Source of the DNA: Alphaproteobacteria bacterium
Lineage (GTDB): Bacteria > Pseudomonadota > Alphaproteobacteria > Bin95
Reading direction: 5' to 3'
DNA length: 64,000 nt
Assembly (NCBI GenBank): GCA_963665325.3
Contig: OZ224045.1
Location: forward strand, 2,016,001-2,080,000
The notes beneath the pieces were generated by a model. The model saw only the letters and a list, made by a program, of their open reading frames with translations, did not search any database and was not told the DNA's origin. Made by a program: the position numbers and the translations under genes. Each line of letters opens with the position of its first letter. The first letter of the stretch is position 1. Shown here piece after piece: positions 9,281 through 18,491 of the stretch.

Positions 9281-9432
9281 TGGGGCCGTCTCAGGTTGAT
9301 GTCACTGTCACCGAGACAAGCCCTCCGGCGGCCTTCTTGCAAGATCGCCGGGGGGCACCCAATCCAAAACCTCGATTAATCCGAGCCGATCAGCCCCTGA
9401 TCGCCGCTGAAAGCCTGCGCCCGCTCAGCGCC

Positions 9433-10919
9433 TGCCCCTGCTGGCGGTCGTCGATATCGGGCCTTCGTCCTCGGGCATGATCTCGATGATCCGCGAGGCG
9501 CTGCCGGAGGACCGGCGCTACGAGGTCGGCTGGTTCGCGCCGCAGATGACGCGCGCGCATGCGATCAATCCCTGCGACACGCAGCTCGGCTGCCGCTTTC
9601 CGCTGCCTTCGGAGCGGGCGTTCCTGACCAATCTGCTGGCGCTGATCCTGACCCCGGCCGGCGCCGCGGGCGTCCCGGACGGGGTGGCCGAGACGATCTC
9701 GCCGATGATCGGGAAGATCTACCGGATGCGCGAGGACGGCCGCCCGGGTGCGGAGCCGCATCCCTACACGAAGGGCCGCGACGCGGAAGTGGACGGGGCG
9801 CTTGAGCGCCAGGCCATTCACCTTCCGGGCTCGCCCTTGTGGTGGGAGGTGGTGGACCTGCTGTTCGACGCCGGCGAGGTGGATGCGGCCGGGCGCGCGC
9901 AGCGTTATGCGGCGCCGACGCTGCTCGATTGCCTGACGGCGGTGCGGGAGCCGGAGGTCCAGGACCTGGTGGGCAAGGCGACCTACGGCTCGGGCGGCGA
10001 GCCGGTGACGGCGGCGGTGGTGCGCATCATGACCGCGCTTTCGGGCCAGTGGCCGCTCATGTTCGAGCCGACCGCCTTCGATATCGGGCATGTCCGGGTG
10101 GCGGCGATCGACCTGGCGGCGGTGGCGCCGCAGGGCAGTCCCGAGGCGGACCGGCAGACGGCGGCGATGTACATGCTCGCCCGTCACGTGCTGACGCGGC
10201 ACTGGTGGGTCGGCGAGGAGGTGCTGGGCGAGGTCCCGGAGAAATACCGGGCCTGGCATGAGCGGCGCATTCGCGAGGTGAGGGAGACGCCGAAGCGGCT
10301 CGTGTTCGACGAGTATCACCGCACGGCCGCGGCGCCCGGGGTCCGCTCGCAGGTCGACCGCGACGTGCGCGAGGCGCGCAAGCAGCGCGTGCGGTTGATG
10401 CTGGCGTCCCAGCGCGAGGGGGATTTCGGCGACCTGGCGGAACTCGCGACCGGTTTCTGGATCCTGGGGTCGGGCGGGACAACCGAAGACGAGGCGCGCC
10501 ACCTGGCCGAGATGTTCGGGCTCGGGGACGCGGCGGTGGAAGCCATCCGGTTCCGTCTCACGGGACCGTCGCGGACGGGCGCGCCGGCGCTGCATGTCGC
10601 CAGGGACGCCGGCGGGCAGTTCGAGCAGATCCTGGTGAACTCCGTGGGACCGGTCGAACTCTGGGCTCTGAACACGGCGCCGCGCGACGTCGCGTTGCGG
10701 AACCGTGTGCAGGCACTGATCGGCGCGGCTGCTGGACGGGCAGCACTCGCGGGGATGTTCCCGTCGGGCTCCGCCAGGGACCGTGTCGAGGCACAGATCC
10801 GGGCGCTGGAAAGCCGGGGCATGGAGGCCTCGGTCGAGGAGGCGGAAATCCTGGACGAACTGGCCGAGGAAACCGTGCGCAGTGCGACGTCGCATGCGGC
10901 CGGGAGGATGGTCGCGTGA
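9433..10919 (+). pseudogene. icmB: IcmB/DotO 3' part
   Basis: INPCDTQLGCRFPLPSER.FL.NL, Walker B LVFDEYHRT, REARK..V...LASQ and GPVELWALNT are IcmB motifs. Confidence 0.85.
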
Positions 10920-11218
10920 GGCCGGGTCTGCGGATGGCTGCGTTCCTGGCGACGGTTCTGGCGCCGGGGCTGGCGGCGGCGGATGGGTTTTATGCGGTGA
11001 TCCGGTCCTCGCCGCTTCAGCCGGTGGGATGGGTGTTCGCTGTGCTCGCCTTGGTGCTCCTGATAGTCGGCTATCTGGAATTGAATGGCGCCATCGAGAG
11101 AAACGACCGGGGGAGCCTGGTCTGGATGTATGCAAGCCTTGCGCTGGCGTTAACGGCCATGGCGAGGGTTCTGCTGTTCGGCGGCCTTGTTTCGATAGAG
11201 GTAATGCGATGGGGTTGA
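10916..11218 (+). CDS. Small membrane protein in the transfer operon
   Basis: GTGA overlap with the icmB stop. Three hydrophobic segments. Confidence 0.55.
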   Translation: MRPGLRMAAFLATVLAPGLAAADGFYAVIRSSPLQPVGWVFAVLALVLLIVGYLELNGAIERNDRGSLVWMYASLALALTAMARVLLFGGLVSIEVMRWG

Positions 11219-11231
11219 GGAGGGCGGGCCG

Positions 11232-11714
11232 ATGAGGCGATTTGGGGTGCTCGGCTGGATCGTCGTTGTTCTGGCGCTGGCGGCGTCGCCGGCGGCCGGT
11301 CAGTCGGGCGGACAGGCCGACTGCGATCCGGCGGTCGCGAAGGCGCTCGAGGATTCGGCTGTCCGGGGTGTGGAGCGTGACCAGGTCATCATCCGCCACC
11401 CTGACGAGGGGATCGGCGACCCGGACTCGATCTACGACCTCTCCTGCGACCTGCTGAACTTTCCGAGCTGGGACGCGCTGGTGCGGCTGCCGAGCCTGCC
11501 GGACCTGTTTCAGGAGCTTTGCGACCGGGCCAAGGCGGTCTGGCGGGAGAAGGTGACGCGCCCGTTCGACCGGGCGGTTTATGGACTGGACCGCGAACTG
11601 GACGTTCTGCCGGGGCTCGATGTCGATGTGCGGCCGAGGACGCGGCGCCTTCCGGGAGTGGACCCGGATGCCGGCCGGGTGTTTCGCGGCATCGTGGGGG
11701 AGGAAGAATCGTGA
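11232..11714 (+). CDS. Exported protein (TraV position), hypothetical
   Basis: GAGGAGG SD, signal peptide, three cysteines, operonic position. Confidence 0.6.
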   Translation: MRRFGVLGWIVVVLALAASPAAGQSGGQADCDPAVAKALEDSAVRGVERDQVIIRHPDEGIGDPDSIYDLSCDLLNFPSWDALVRLPSLPDLFQELCDRAKAVWREKVTRPFDRAVYGLDRELDVLPGLDVDVRPRTRRLPGVDPDAGRVFRGIVGEEES

Positions 11715-12847
11715 TGTTGAGAACCGCCGCTGGCGCGATTGCGGTGCTGTTGCTGGCGCTGGCGGCGCCGGAAGCGCATGCGGGCTGTTGCGGCTGCGCC
11801 TGGAGCGCGTCGCGATCGGCGGCCCGAACGGTGATTACCAGCGTCAATGCCCGGATCGACCGGATGGAGAGCAGCATCGTCGAGACGCTGGAACTCCAGA
11901 CGGCGCAGCTCTCCGGATATATCGCCGAGGGCGCGAAGTCGATCACGGACTCCCTGGATGCGCAGATGAAGCTGCAGGCGGAGATCGCGCGCGACGAGGC
12001 CGAGACGCAGTCGAAGCTCCAGCATCGGCCGACCTCTTCGGGTTGCCGGACGGTCACGGGCATGGCGGGTCTTGCCGAAGGCCGCGTGGCGGGGGCGGAG
12101 GCCGGCAGGCGCGCCGGGACCCGGGAGACCGGGCGGATCGGCGGCGACAGCGCCGTGGTCGGCGATGGGGCCGGCATGGCGGCGGACACCAGGCGGCGTT
12201 TCGGGGTCTGGACGGGCGAGCATTGCAGCGAGAGCCGTCTCGAGGCCGGCGCGGATGTCTGTCGCGGAGACCCGTCGAGGCACGACGCCGACATCAGGGC
12301 GGGGTCCCTGTTCGACGTGGACACCTTCGGGGATGACGACGAACGCCTTGCCGCCGGGGAGCTCGGGCGGAACCTGGCCGCGCCGCTGGTCTGGGACCGG
12401 TATCCGCTGCGCGCGGTGGACACGGACCAGGACCGCGAGCTCGCCATGCTGGCGCGCGCGGCCGATGCGCGCTCGGCGCTGGCTTCGGACTGGTTTGCGC
12501 GCTCGCGCGGCGCGCGCGAGCCGGCGGTGGACCTGGCGGGCTGGGCCTCGACACTGGCGCCCGGGCTTTCCGGCGACGGGACTTTTCTCAGCCGGCACGA
12601 GCTGCTCGAGGTCCTTGCCTCGCGGCGGTTCGAGAACCCGGCCTGGGCGGTCGGACTGCAGTCGATGAACCGGGACAATCTGCTGCGCGAGCTCGCGCTC
12701 CTCCAGGCCGCGTCGCTGATGCTGGACTGGGAGCGCTACCGGATGGACGAGCGGCGCGGCGCCATGGAGGCCGCGCGCCTCGGGGCGGTGGCCGAGGAAA
12801 TGCGCCGTCTGCCGGGTCTGGCTGACTGGCTCGAGGTCCAGCGCTGA
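11714..12847 (+). CDS. Periplasmic protein, possibly TraW/IcmX-like
   Basis: Signal peptide (AHA-GC). C-terminal SRRFENPAW...L....LLRE. Sits between icmB and dotA, as traW does between traU and traY in IncI1. Confidence 0.5.
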   Translation: MLRTAAGAIAVLLLALAAPEAHAGCCGCAWSASRSAARTVITSVNARIDRMESSIVETLELQTAQLSGYIAEGAKSITDSLDAQMKLQAEIARDEAETQSKLQHRPTSSGCRTVTGMAGLAEGRVAGAEAGRRAGTRETGRIGGDSAVVGDGAGMAADTRRRFGVWTGEHCSESRLEAGADVCRGDPSRHDADIRAGSLFDVDTFGDDDERLAAGELGRNLAAPLVWDRYPLRAVDTDQDRELAMLARAADARSALASDWFARSRGAREPAVDLAGWASTLAPGLSGDGTFLSRHELLEVLASRRFENPAWAVGLQSMNRDNLLRELALLQAASLMLDWERYRMDERRGAMEAARLGAVAEEMRRLPGLADWLEVQR

Positions 12848-15060
12848 TGGGTGTGCTGCGGCTGCTCTTCCACCCGGAACTCGGGCGGTCGCTGGGGGAA
12901 ATGAGAGCCTCGGCGGGCCGGATCGCGGGGTCGGTCGGTCAGCTGTGGCGGCTCCCGGAAGGCAGCCGCTTCGATGCGCGGCGGTTCCGCACGCGGATCG
13001 GGGTCGTGCGCCTCGCGCTCGGGCTGTCGCTGGTGGGGCTGGGGATTGCGCTGGGCACGGGGGTTGCGTGGGGCCAGGGGTTCCAGTCCGACCTGTTCGA
13101 TATCGTCGACGAGGCGAGCCGCGACCTGTTCGACCTGCTGCGCGGCGGGGACGGCGGCGGCAATGCGGCCTATGCGGCGCTCGGCGAGATGGTCGGCTAT
13201 TTCAATGCGGGCGTGCTCGTCCTCGCCGGCGCGCTGCTGATCTACCACACGGCCGCCGGCGTCATGGATACCGGCCGGACCGGCCGGCTCGGCTTCGGCG
13301 GCTGGGAGATCGTGCGCATCGTGGCATCCGTCGCCCTGCTCGTCCCCCTCCCGGGCGGCCCCTCGGGCGGGCAGCACATCGTGCTGGACCTGGCGGGGCT
13401 CGGCGGGGACTTCGCCCAGTCCGTGTGGAAGCCCTTTGCGGGCTCCCTGCTGGGCAGCTCGCGGGTGTCGGTTCCGAAGCCGTCGACCGTGGGGCGGGAG
13501 GTCATGATGGTGGACTTCCTGGTCGTGGAGGTCTGCCGGGAGCTGGCAGGCAAGAGGGTGGGCGGGGGGCCGTTGAGGACGACGGCAAGGGGCGGTGAGG
13601 TCTGGCGCTATGACGTGGCCCAGGGATCGAGAGGCTATGACATAAGGAGCCATTGCGGCGAGGTGAGGTTCGCGGGGCTGGACCGCGAGGGTCCGCGGGG
13701 GGATGTGGCGAAGGCGCATCTCGAGGGCATGAACGAGGCCCGCAAGGTCCTGGTCCCGGTCGCGAAGGAGATTGGAGCGCCTTACGAGGACGGTCGGCGG
13801 TTCGGGGAGCCGATGGACTGGTCGGCGGTGAGCGGTGCGATCGCGGGGGCTGTGGCGGCCTATTCGCAGGTGGTGGATGCGGCCGTGGCGGCGGCGGGAG
13901 AGCAGCAGAATACCGAGACGCAGGAGCGGCTGACTGCGGATCAGGCCGAGGATGGCAGCTGGACGACGGCGGGCAGCCTGTTCTTCCGGGTGGCGGAGCG
14001 GATCGGGGAGTTCAACTGGGCGGTGGTGAGCGCGCCCGAGGTAACGCCGCCCATGCTCGCCCTGAAGGACCGGGACAGGAAGACCTTCAAGGCGCTGCTG
14101 CAGATCGCGGAGGACATATCGACGGCGGCGGGATCGCCGGTGAGTCCGCTGGGCAGCCGGGCGCCGCAGACGGGGTCGGCTGGCGGGGGCGCGGGGAGCC
14201 TGTTGAACCAGGTCTTCTATACGGTCCTGTTCTCGTTTGAGGACGTGCTCGATGTGGAGGGCGACAATCCGCTCTCGGAGCTGGCGGCGATCGGGCACAA
14301 CCTGATAACGGCGGTCCTGGTGACGTCGGGCACGCTTATGAGCGTTGCGGCGGTGTCCAATGTGGGCGATGTCCAGGCGCTCGGATTTTCGCTCAGGGCC
14401 GATCTCTTCGAGGCGACCTGGCCGGTGATCGACGGCATGGTGACGATGCTGCTGATGGCGCTTCTGATCGGCGGTGCGGTTCTCGCCTATCTGGTGCCGG
14501 CGCTGCCGTTCATCCGGTTCCTGTTCGGACTGCTGGTCTGGATCCTGGCGGTGGTCGAGGCGTTCATTGCGATGACCGTGTGGCTCGCGGCGCAGACGGC
14601 GCGCGGCCAGGGCGACGGGCTCACCACGAACTCGACGGTGGGCGGGCTGGTGACGCTCGCGGGCGTGGTCTTGAGGCCGCCGCTGATGATCCTCGGGCTG
14701 ATCGTCGGCTACCTGGTCTTTACCGTCGTGATCGAGCTCTTCAACGCGATCTGGCTGACGCAGATGAAGGAGAGCGCCGGAGAGATCGGGCCTGGGATTA
14801 TCCAGTATGCGGTGTTCGTGGCGCTCTACGTGATGATCGCATACGGACTGCTGAATGCATCGCTGAAGCTGATCGAGATGCTGCCGGATGCGGTGATGAA
14901 CTGGATCGGCGGACGGGCCTCCGGCATGAGCGAGGCGGACCGGATGATCGGTGTGGCGACCGGCAGCACCGGGCGGCTCGGCGGGGTCGCGCCGAGCCGC
15001 TTCGGTGCGGGCGTGCGAAACAGGGCCGGGGCCGGCGGGCCGGCCGGCGGCGGGGATTGA
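12847..15060 (+). CDS. dotA: DotA/TraY family inner-membrane protein
   Basis: N-terminal TM block with W..VR......LL.P, SWTTAGSLF, NPLSELAAIG, C-terminal YLVP.LPF..F, LRPPLMILG and LPDAVMNWIGG. Confidence 0.8.
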   Translation: MGVLRLLFHPELGRSLGEMRASAGRIAGSVGQLWRLPEGSRFDARRFRTRIGVVRLALGLSLVGLGIALGTGVAWGQGFQSDLFDIVDEASRDLFDLLRGGDGGGNAAYAALGEMVGYFNAGVLVLAGALLIYHTAAGVMDTGRTGRLGFGGWEIVRIVASVALLVPLPGGPSGGQHIVLDLAGLGGDFAQSVWKPFAGSLLGSSRVSVPKPSTVGREVMMVDFLVVEVCRELAGKRVGGGPLRTTARGGEVWRYDVAQGSRGYDIRSHCGEVRFAGLDREGPRGDVAKAHLEGMNEARKVLVPVAKEIGAPYEDGRRFGEPMDWSAVSGAIAGAVAAYSQVVDAAVAAAGEQQNTETQERLTADQAEDGSWTTAGSLFFRVAERIGEFNWAVVSAPEVTPPMLALKDRDRKTFKALLQIAEDISTAAGSPVSPLGSRAPQTGSAGGGAGSLLNQVFYTVLFSFEDVLDVEGDNPLSELAAIGHNLITAVLVTSGTLMSVAAVSNVGDVQALGFSLRADLFEATWPVIDGMVTMLLMALLIGGAVLAYLVPALPFIRFLFGLLVWILAVVEAFIAMTVWLAAQTARGQGDGLTTNSTVGGLVTLAGVVLRPPLMILGLIVGYLVFTVVIELFNAIWLTQMKESAGEIGPGIIQYAVFVALYVMIAYGLLNASLKLIEMLPDAVMNWIGGRASGMSEADRMIGVATGSTGRLGGVAPSRFGAGVRNRAGAGGPAGGGD

Positions 15061-15077
15061 ACGCAAGGAGACGTGCG

Positions 15078-17024
15078 ATGGGCGACAGGTGGAAGGGTTT
15101 CGGGGTGGCGGCGGTATTCGCGTTGCTTGGTCTGGGCGCCGCGGTCTGGTTGGTGCTGGAGCGGGCGGATGCCGGGACCGGAGCGCGGCTGCTGATTGCG
15201 GCGGTCGTGGGCGGCCTTGCGGCCTGGTGCTTCTGCGGGAGCTCGCGCGCGGGCGAGGTGCGTAGCTTCGGTCTGGGGCTCGGCATGCTGTTGGTCGCGG
15301 CTGCGGGCGTGTGGTCCTGGATGATCGACACCTGGGTGTGGGCGGGACTCGTCCGGCTTCGCGGCGCGGCCCTGGACAGGTTCGGGGAAAGCTGGGAGAC
15401 GGTCTGCGTATATGTGGGGCCTGCGGCGGGGGTGTTCCTGGCTTTCCTGATATTGAGCATGACGGCCAGGACGACGGCCAAACGGGTCGCCGGCGAAAGG
15501 GGAAGGAAGAAGGCTGAGTCGGAGCTCTTCGGAAAGGCGAAGTTCCTGGAGCGGCGCTGGCTCCGTGAGCTCGCACGGCAAAAGGGGGTGCTGATCGGAA
15601 AGAGCCCGGACGGGCTGATTTCCTATCCGCTGGAAGGCTCGGCAATGACTTTTGCCCCGCCGCGGACCGGCAAGGGCGCGACGATCGCGTTGAACTACCT
15701 GTCTCCGGAAGAGCGCGGCTGGCAGGGCTCGACCGTGGTGATCGATCCGAGGGGGGAGCTTTACCCGATCGTGGCGCGGCGCCGGCGTTCGTTGGGGCGC
15801 CGACCGGTTCTCCTGGACCCCTTCGGCATGGTCGCGAGGCACAGGGAGCTGGAGGGCGGCGAGGCGGATTTCGGCGAGGGGGCCGTGCTGCATCTGCCGG
15901 TCTGGAAGAGCGATACCTACAACCCGCTGGACTTCATCCGCGAAGGCGATGAGGCGGTGCGGGATATCGGCGTCCTGGTCGAGGCGCTGATGGAGCGCCC
16001 GAAGGGCGACGGTGGAAACTCGAAGCACTTCTACGAGTCCGCCCGGTCGCTGATAAGCGGGTATCTGTCCTGGGTGCGGTTCAAGATGCCGCCCGATCAA
16101 CGAAACCTGAAGACGCTCTACGAGCTGCTGTCGCTCGGCAACGATGCGCGGGATGAGTTCTTTGCCCAGGTCGCGGCGACGGACCCCTTCTGCGGCGGCC
16201 TGATGCATCTCGCGATGGAGCGGTCCAGGCGGGTCGGCAAGGAAGAGGGGGGCTCGAACTTCACCACGGTATCGAACCAGCTCTCCTTCCTGAACTATCC
16301 GGAGATCTCGGCGCATACGAGCTCGTCGAGTTTCGATCCGCTGGACCTGGCGAACGGCGATGTGGACGTGTTCGTGGTCGTGCCGGACGAGATGACGAGC
16401 CTCGTGAAGGGCTGGCTGCGGCTGTGGGTCTCTATTCCCTATGCGGTGGCGTCGCGGCGCGCGATGCAGCGCGACATGCTGGTCGTGATCGACGAGCTGC
16501 CTGCGATCGGGCACCTGCAGCCGGTCATGGACGGCTACAACCTCGCCGCGGGCAAGGGCGTTCACTTCTGGACGTTCGCGCAGTCGGTGTCGGCGCTGGA
16601 CGATACCTGGGGGCAGGATGCCCACAAGACGCTGATGGAGCTCGCCGAGGTGGTCCAGATCCTCGGCTGGTCTCGAATTGCTGTCGATGGCGCCGAGCTC
16701 TTGTCCAAGGCGATCGGCGCGGCCACCTTCGTGAACCGCAGTGAAAGCAGGTCCGGGCAAATGCGCGACAGCGCCCTCCTCCCGGACGGCCAGAGCTCGC
16801 TCCAGGAATCGCTGTCGGTCGTGAAGGAGCAGCTGGTGCCGGCGGACGAGATCCTGTCCATGGGGCCGGACGATCAGTTCGTGGTGGCATCGCCGAAGAA
16901 TATGCCCCGCGACGTGATCCGGCTCAGGCATGCACGCTATTGGCAGCTGCAGGATGTGGCGCTGCTGGCCGATCCGAACCCGTATGTGGTCCGCAAGGAA
17001 AGGTCGCTGGCGGAAGCAGCCTGA
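15078..17024 (+). CDS. virD4: VirD4/TraG-family type IV coupling protein, 648 aa
   Basis: AAGGAG before ATG 15078. N-terminal TMs, FGKAKF, Walker A APPRTGKG, VVIDPRGE, YNPLD, Walker B IDELPAIG and QSVSAL. Confidence 0.8.
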   Translation: MGDRWKGFGVAAVFALLGLGAAVWLVLERADAGTGARLLIAAVVGGLAAWCFCGSSRAGEVRSFGLGLGMLLVAAAGVWSWMIDTWVWAGLVRLRGAALDRFGESWETVCVYVGPAAGVFLAFLILSMTARTTAKRVAGERGRKKAESELFGKAKFLERRWLRELARQKGVLIGKSPDGLISYPLEGSAMTFAPPRTGKGATIALNYLSPEERGWQGSTVVIDPRGELYPIVARRRRSLGRRPVLLDPFGMVARHRELEGGEADFGEGAVLHLPVWKSDTYNPLDFIREGDEAVRDIGVLVEALMERPKGDGGNSKHFYESARSLISGYLSWVRFKMPPDQRNLKTLYELLSLGNDARDEFFAQVAATDPFCGGLMHLAMERSRRVGKEEGGSNFTTVSNQLSFLNYPEISAHTSSSSFDPLDLANGDVDVFVVVPDEMTSLVKGWLRLWVSIPYAVASRRAMQRDMLVVIDELPAIGHLQPVMDGYNLAAGKGVHFWTFAQSVSALDDTWGQDAHKTLMELAEVVQILGWSRIAVDGAELLSKAIGAATFVNRSESRSGQMRDSALLPDGQSSLQESLSVVKEQLVPADEILSMGPDDQFVVASPKNMPRDVIRLRHARYWQLQDVALLADPNPYVVRKERSLAEAA

Positions 17025-17052
17025 GGACGCGACCGGGCGGAGGGTCCTGCAC

Positions 17053-17685
17053 ATGGCGAGGAGAAGACGGCGCGGAGGGGCTGGCGCGATCGATTTGCCG
17101 TGGTGGGTCGCCGTATTTCTGGCGGCCGGGTCCTGGGTCGGAATTGTCCATTTGCTGCCGGAAGTGTTGGCGGGCCTTCCGGTCGGAGGGCGCCGCCTTG
17201 CGGTTTTCGCGGATCGGCTATGGGTGCCGGCGACAGCGGTTGCGGCGGTGTTTCTGTTGTGGGCATTGGCGCTGTGGCGCCGGGGAACGCGAAAGAAGCG
17301 GCTGCTGGATACGAGGACGGGCATTGCCTCGATCCGGGCGTTGTCCTGGCGCGAGTTCGAGGAGCTTGTGGCGGAGGCGTTCCGGCGAGAAGGATATCGG
17401 GTCGTGGAGAACACGAAGGGAGGCGCCGATGGCGGGATCGATATCCGGTTGCGCAAGGAGGGACGGCTTATCCTGGTGCAGTGCAAGCACTGGAACAGCA
17501 ATAGGGTCGGGGTTCCGGTAGTCCGGGAAATGTGCGGGGTGATGATGGACCAGCACGCGGCCGGTGTCGTGATCGTGTGTTCGGGGGGCTTCACGCGCGA
17601 TGCGTGGGGTTTCGCGAAGGACAAGCCGGTTCGGCTCGTCGACGGCCAAGGGCTTCTGCGAATGATCGCTCGGGTCAAGGAATGA
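17053..17685 (+). CDS. Membrane-anchored Mrr-like (PD-(D/E)xK) restriction endonuclease
   Basis: Two N-terminal TM helices. LSWREFEELVAEAF...GY.V, ADGGID, VQCKHW, VVRE and GFT.DA..FA are Mrr_cat motifs. Confidence 0.75.
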   Translation: MARRRRRGGAGAIDLPWWVAVFLAAGSWVGIVHLLPEVLAGLPVGGRRLAVFADRLWVPATAVAAVFLLWALALWRRGTRKKRLLDTRTGIASIRALSWREFEELVAEAFRREGYRVVENTKGGADGGIDIRLRKEGRLILVQCKHWNSNRVGVPVVREMCGVMMDQHAAGVVIVCSGGFTRDAWGFAKDKPVRLVDGQGLLRMIARVKE

Positions 17686-18045
17686 CGGTCGGCAATCGGT
17701 TTTCCGGGTCTGCAGGGAGGACGGGAAGTGGACAAGGGATTTGTGCTGACGGCTTGTCTGGTACTGGCGGTACTGGTGCTGCCGGTTGATTGCGAAGCTG
17801 AACCCGGAAGGACGCTGGAAGCGCGGGGTTTCGAGGTCTGGGTAGACGATGCGGAGCACCTGATTATCGGGATCGTGGAAAATGCTGCCCGTTGGCGAGG
17901 TCGCGGCCGTCGAGTTCGTGGCCGGCAAGGGCCAGGGCGGGCCAGAGCAGGACGAGGGCCGGCAGGACGGCCTTCATGCGACCTCCACCCGTGTCTTCAT
18001 CCCCGATGCCTAGTGGACTGCGCGGACAAGCTACTGCCGTGCCAG

Positions 18046-18147
18046 TGGTACATCAATTTTGCTCCGCCGTTGACAGCGACGATCTCAGCGCCCAGCGCGA
18101 TCTCGACCCGGTCGACATAGCCCTTGATCGTCACCTTCTTGCCCAGG
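18046..18147 (-). mobile_element. IS21-family remnant (end-like sequence plus istA fragment)
   Basis: The minus strand reads LGKKVTIKGYVDRVEIALGAEIVA (IstA C-terminus-like) running into TGTCAACGGCGGAGCAAAATT, which resembles IS21-family termini. Confidence 0.5.
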
Positions 18148-18491
18148 ATCGGGCCTGACCGCGATGTAATACCAACGGCGGCGAGTTAGAACCCATGTGG
18201 CCATTCTCTGGTTCCGATGGACGCGATACCCCCCAACCGGAGCGGACCCTTTGTTCATCTGAGCTTTCTCCTTCAGGCCTTTTCGTGACAGGCTTTTCGT
18301 CTGTTTCCCCGACCAAGCGCAGTATAGACAGCCAGAAAGCGCCCCCGGATCGGGGTCCGGGGCAGGCTCCCGCCGAGCTGGGAGGGCAGGCTGCGCCGTG
18401 CGGGCTTCAGGTGGCCCTGGAGGGCCCGTTTCGGCTTGGGAGACGCTCGTTATTCTCGCTTTTTATACATCGCCATGCTATATTTGCAAGT

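Larger units (their letters stand above)
5044..9427 (-). mobile_element. 4,384-bp four-gene DDE transposon, copy 1
   Basis: Ends TGAGTGTGC...GCCCGCTCA. 5-bp TSD GCGCC at 5039-5043 and 9428-9432. The same sequence recurs at offsets +32745 and +54908. Confidence 0.95.

Noticed and set aside
5044-9427. Classifying the element as an ordinary IS21 (istA-istB)
   Set aside because: The ATPase is ExeA-like rather than DnaC/IstB-like, there are two extra genes, and I could not find the repeated terminal IR motifs typical of IS21.
12736-17735. Two 969-aa minus-strand ORFs and many other long antisense ORFs
   Set aside because: They are shadows of dotA/virD4 and other genes in high-GC DNA, with no motifs and biased composition.
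17728-18120. 130-aa ORF after the Mrr-like gene
   Set aside because: The plausible signal-peptide start degenerates into low-complexity and IS-derived sequence. It is probably a truncated remnant and is not callable.
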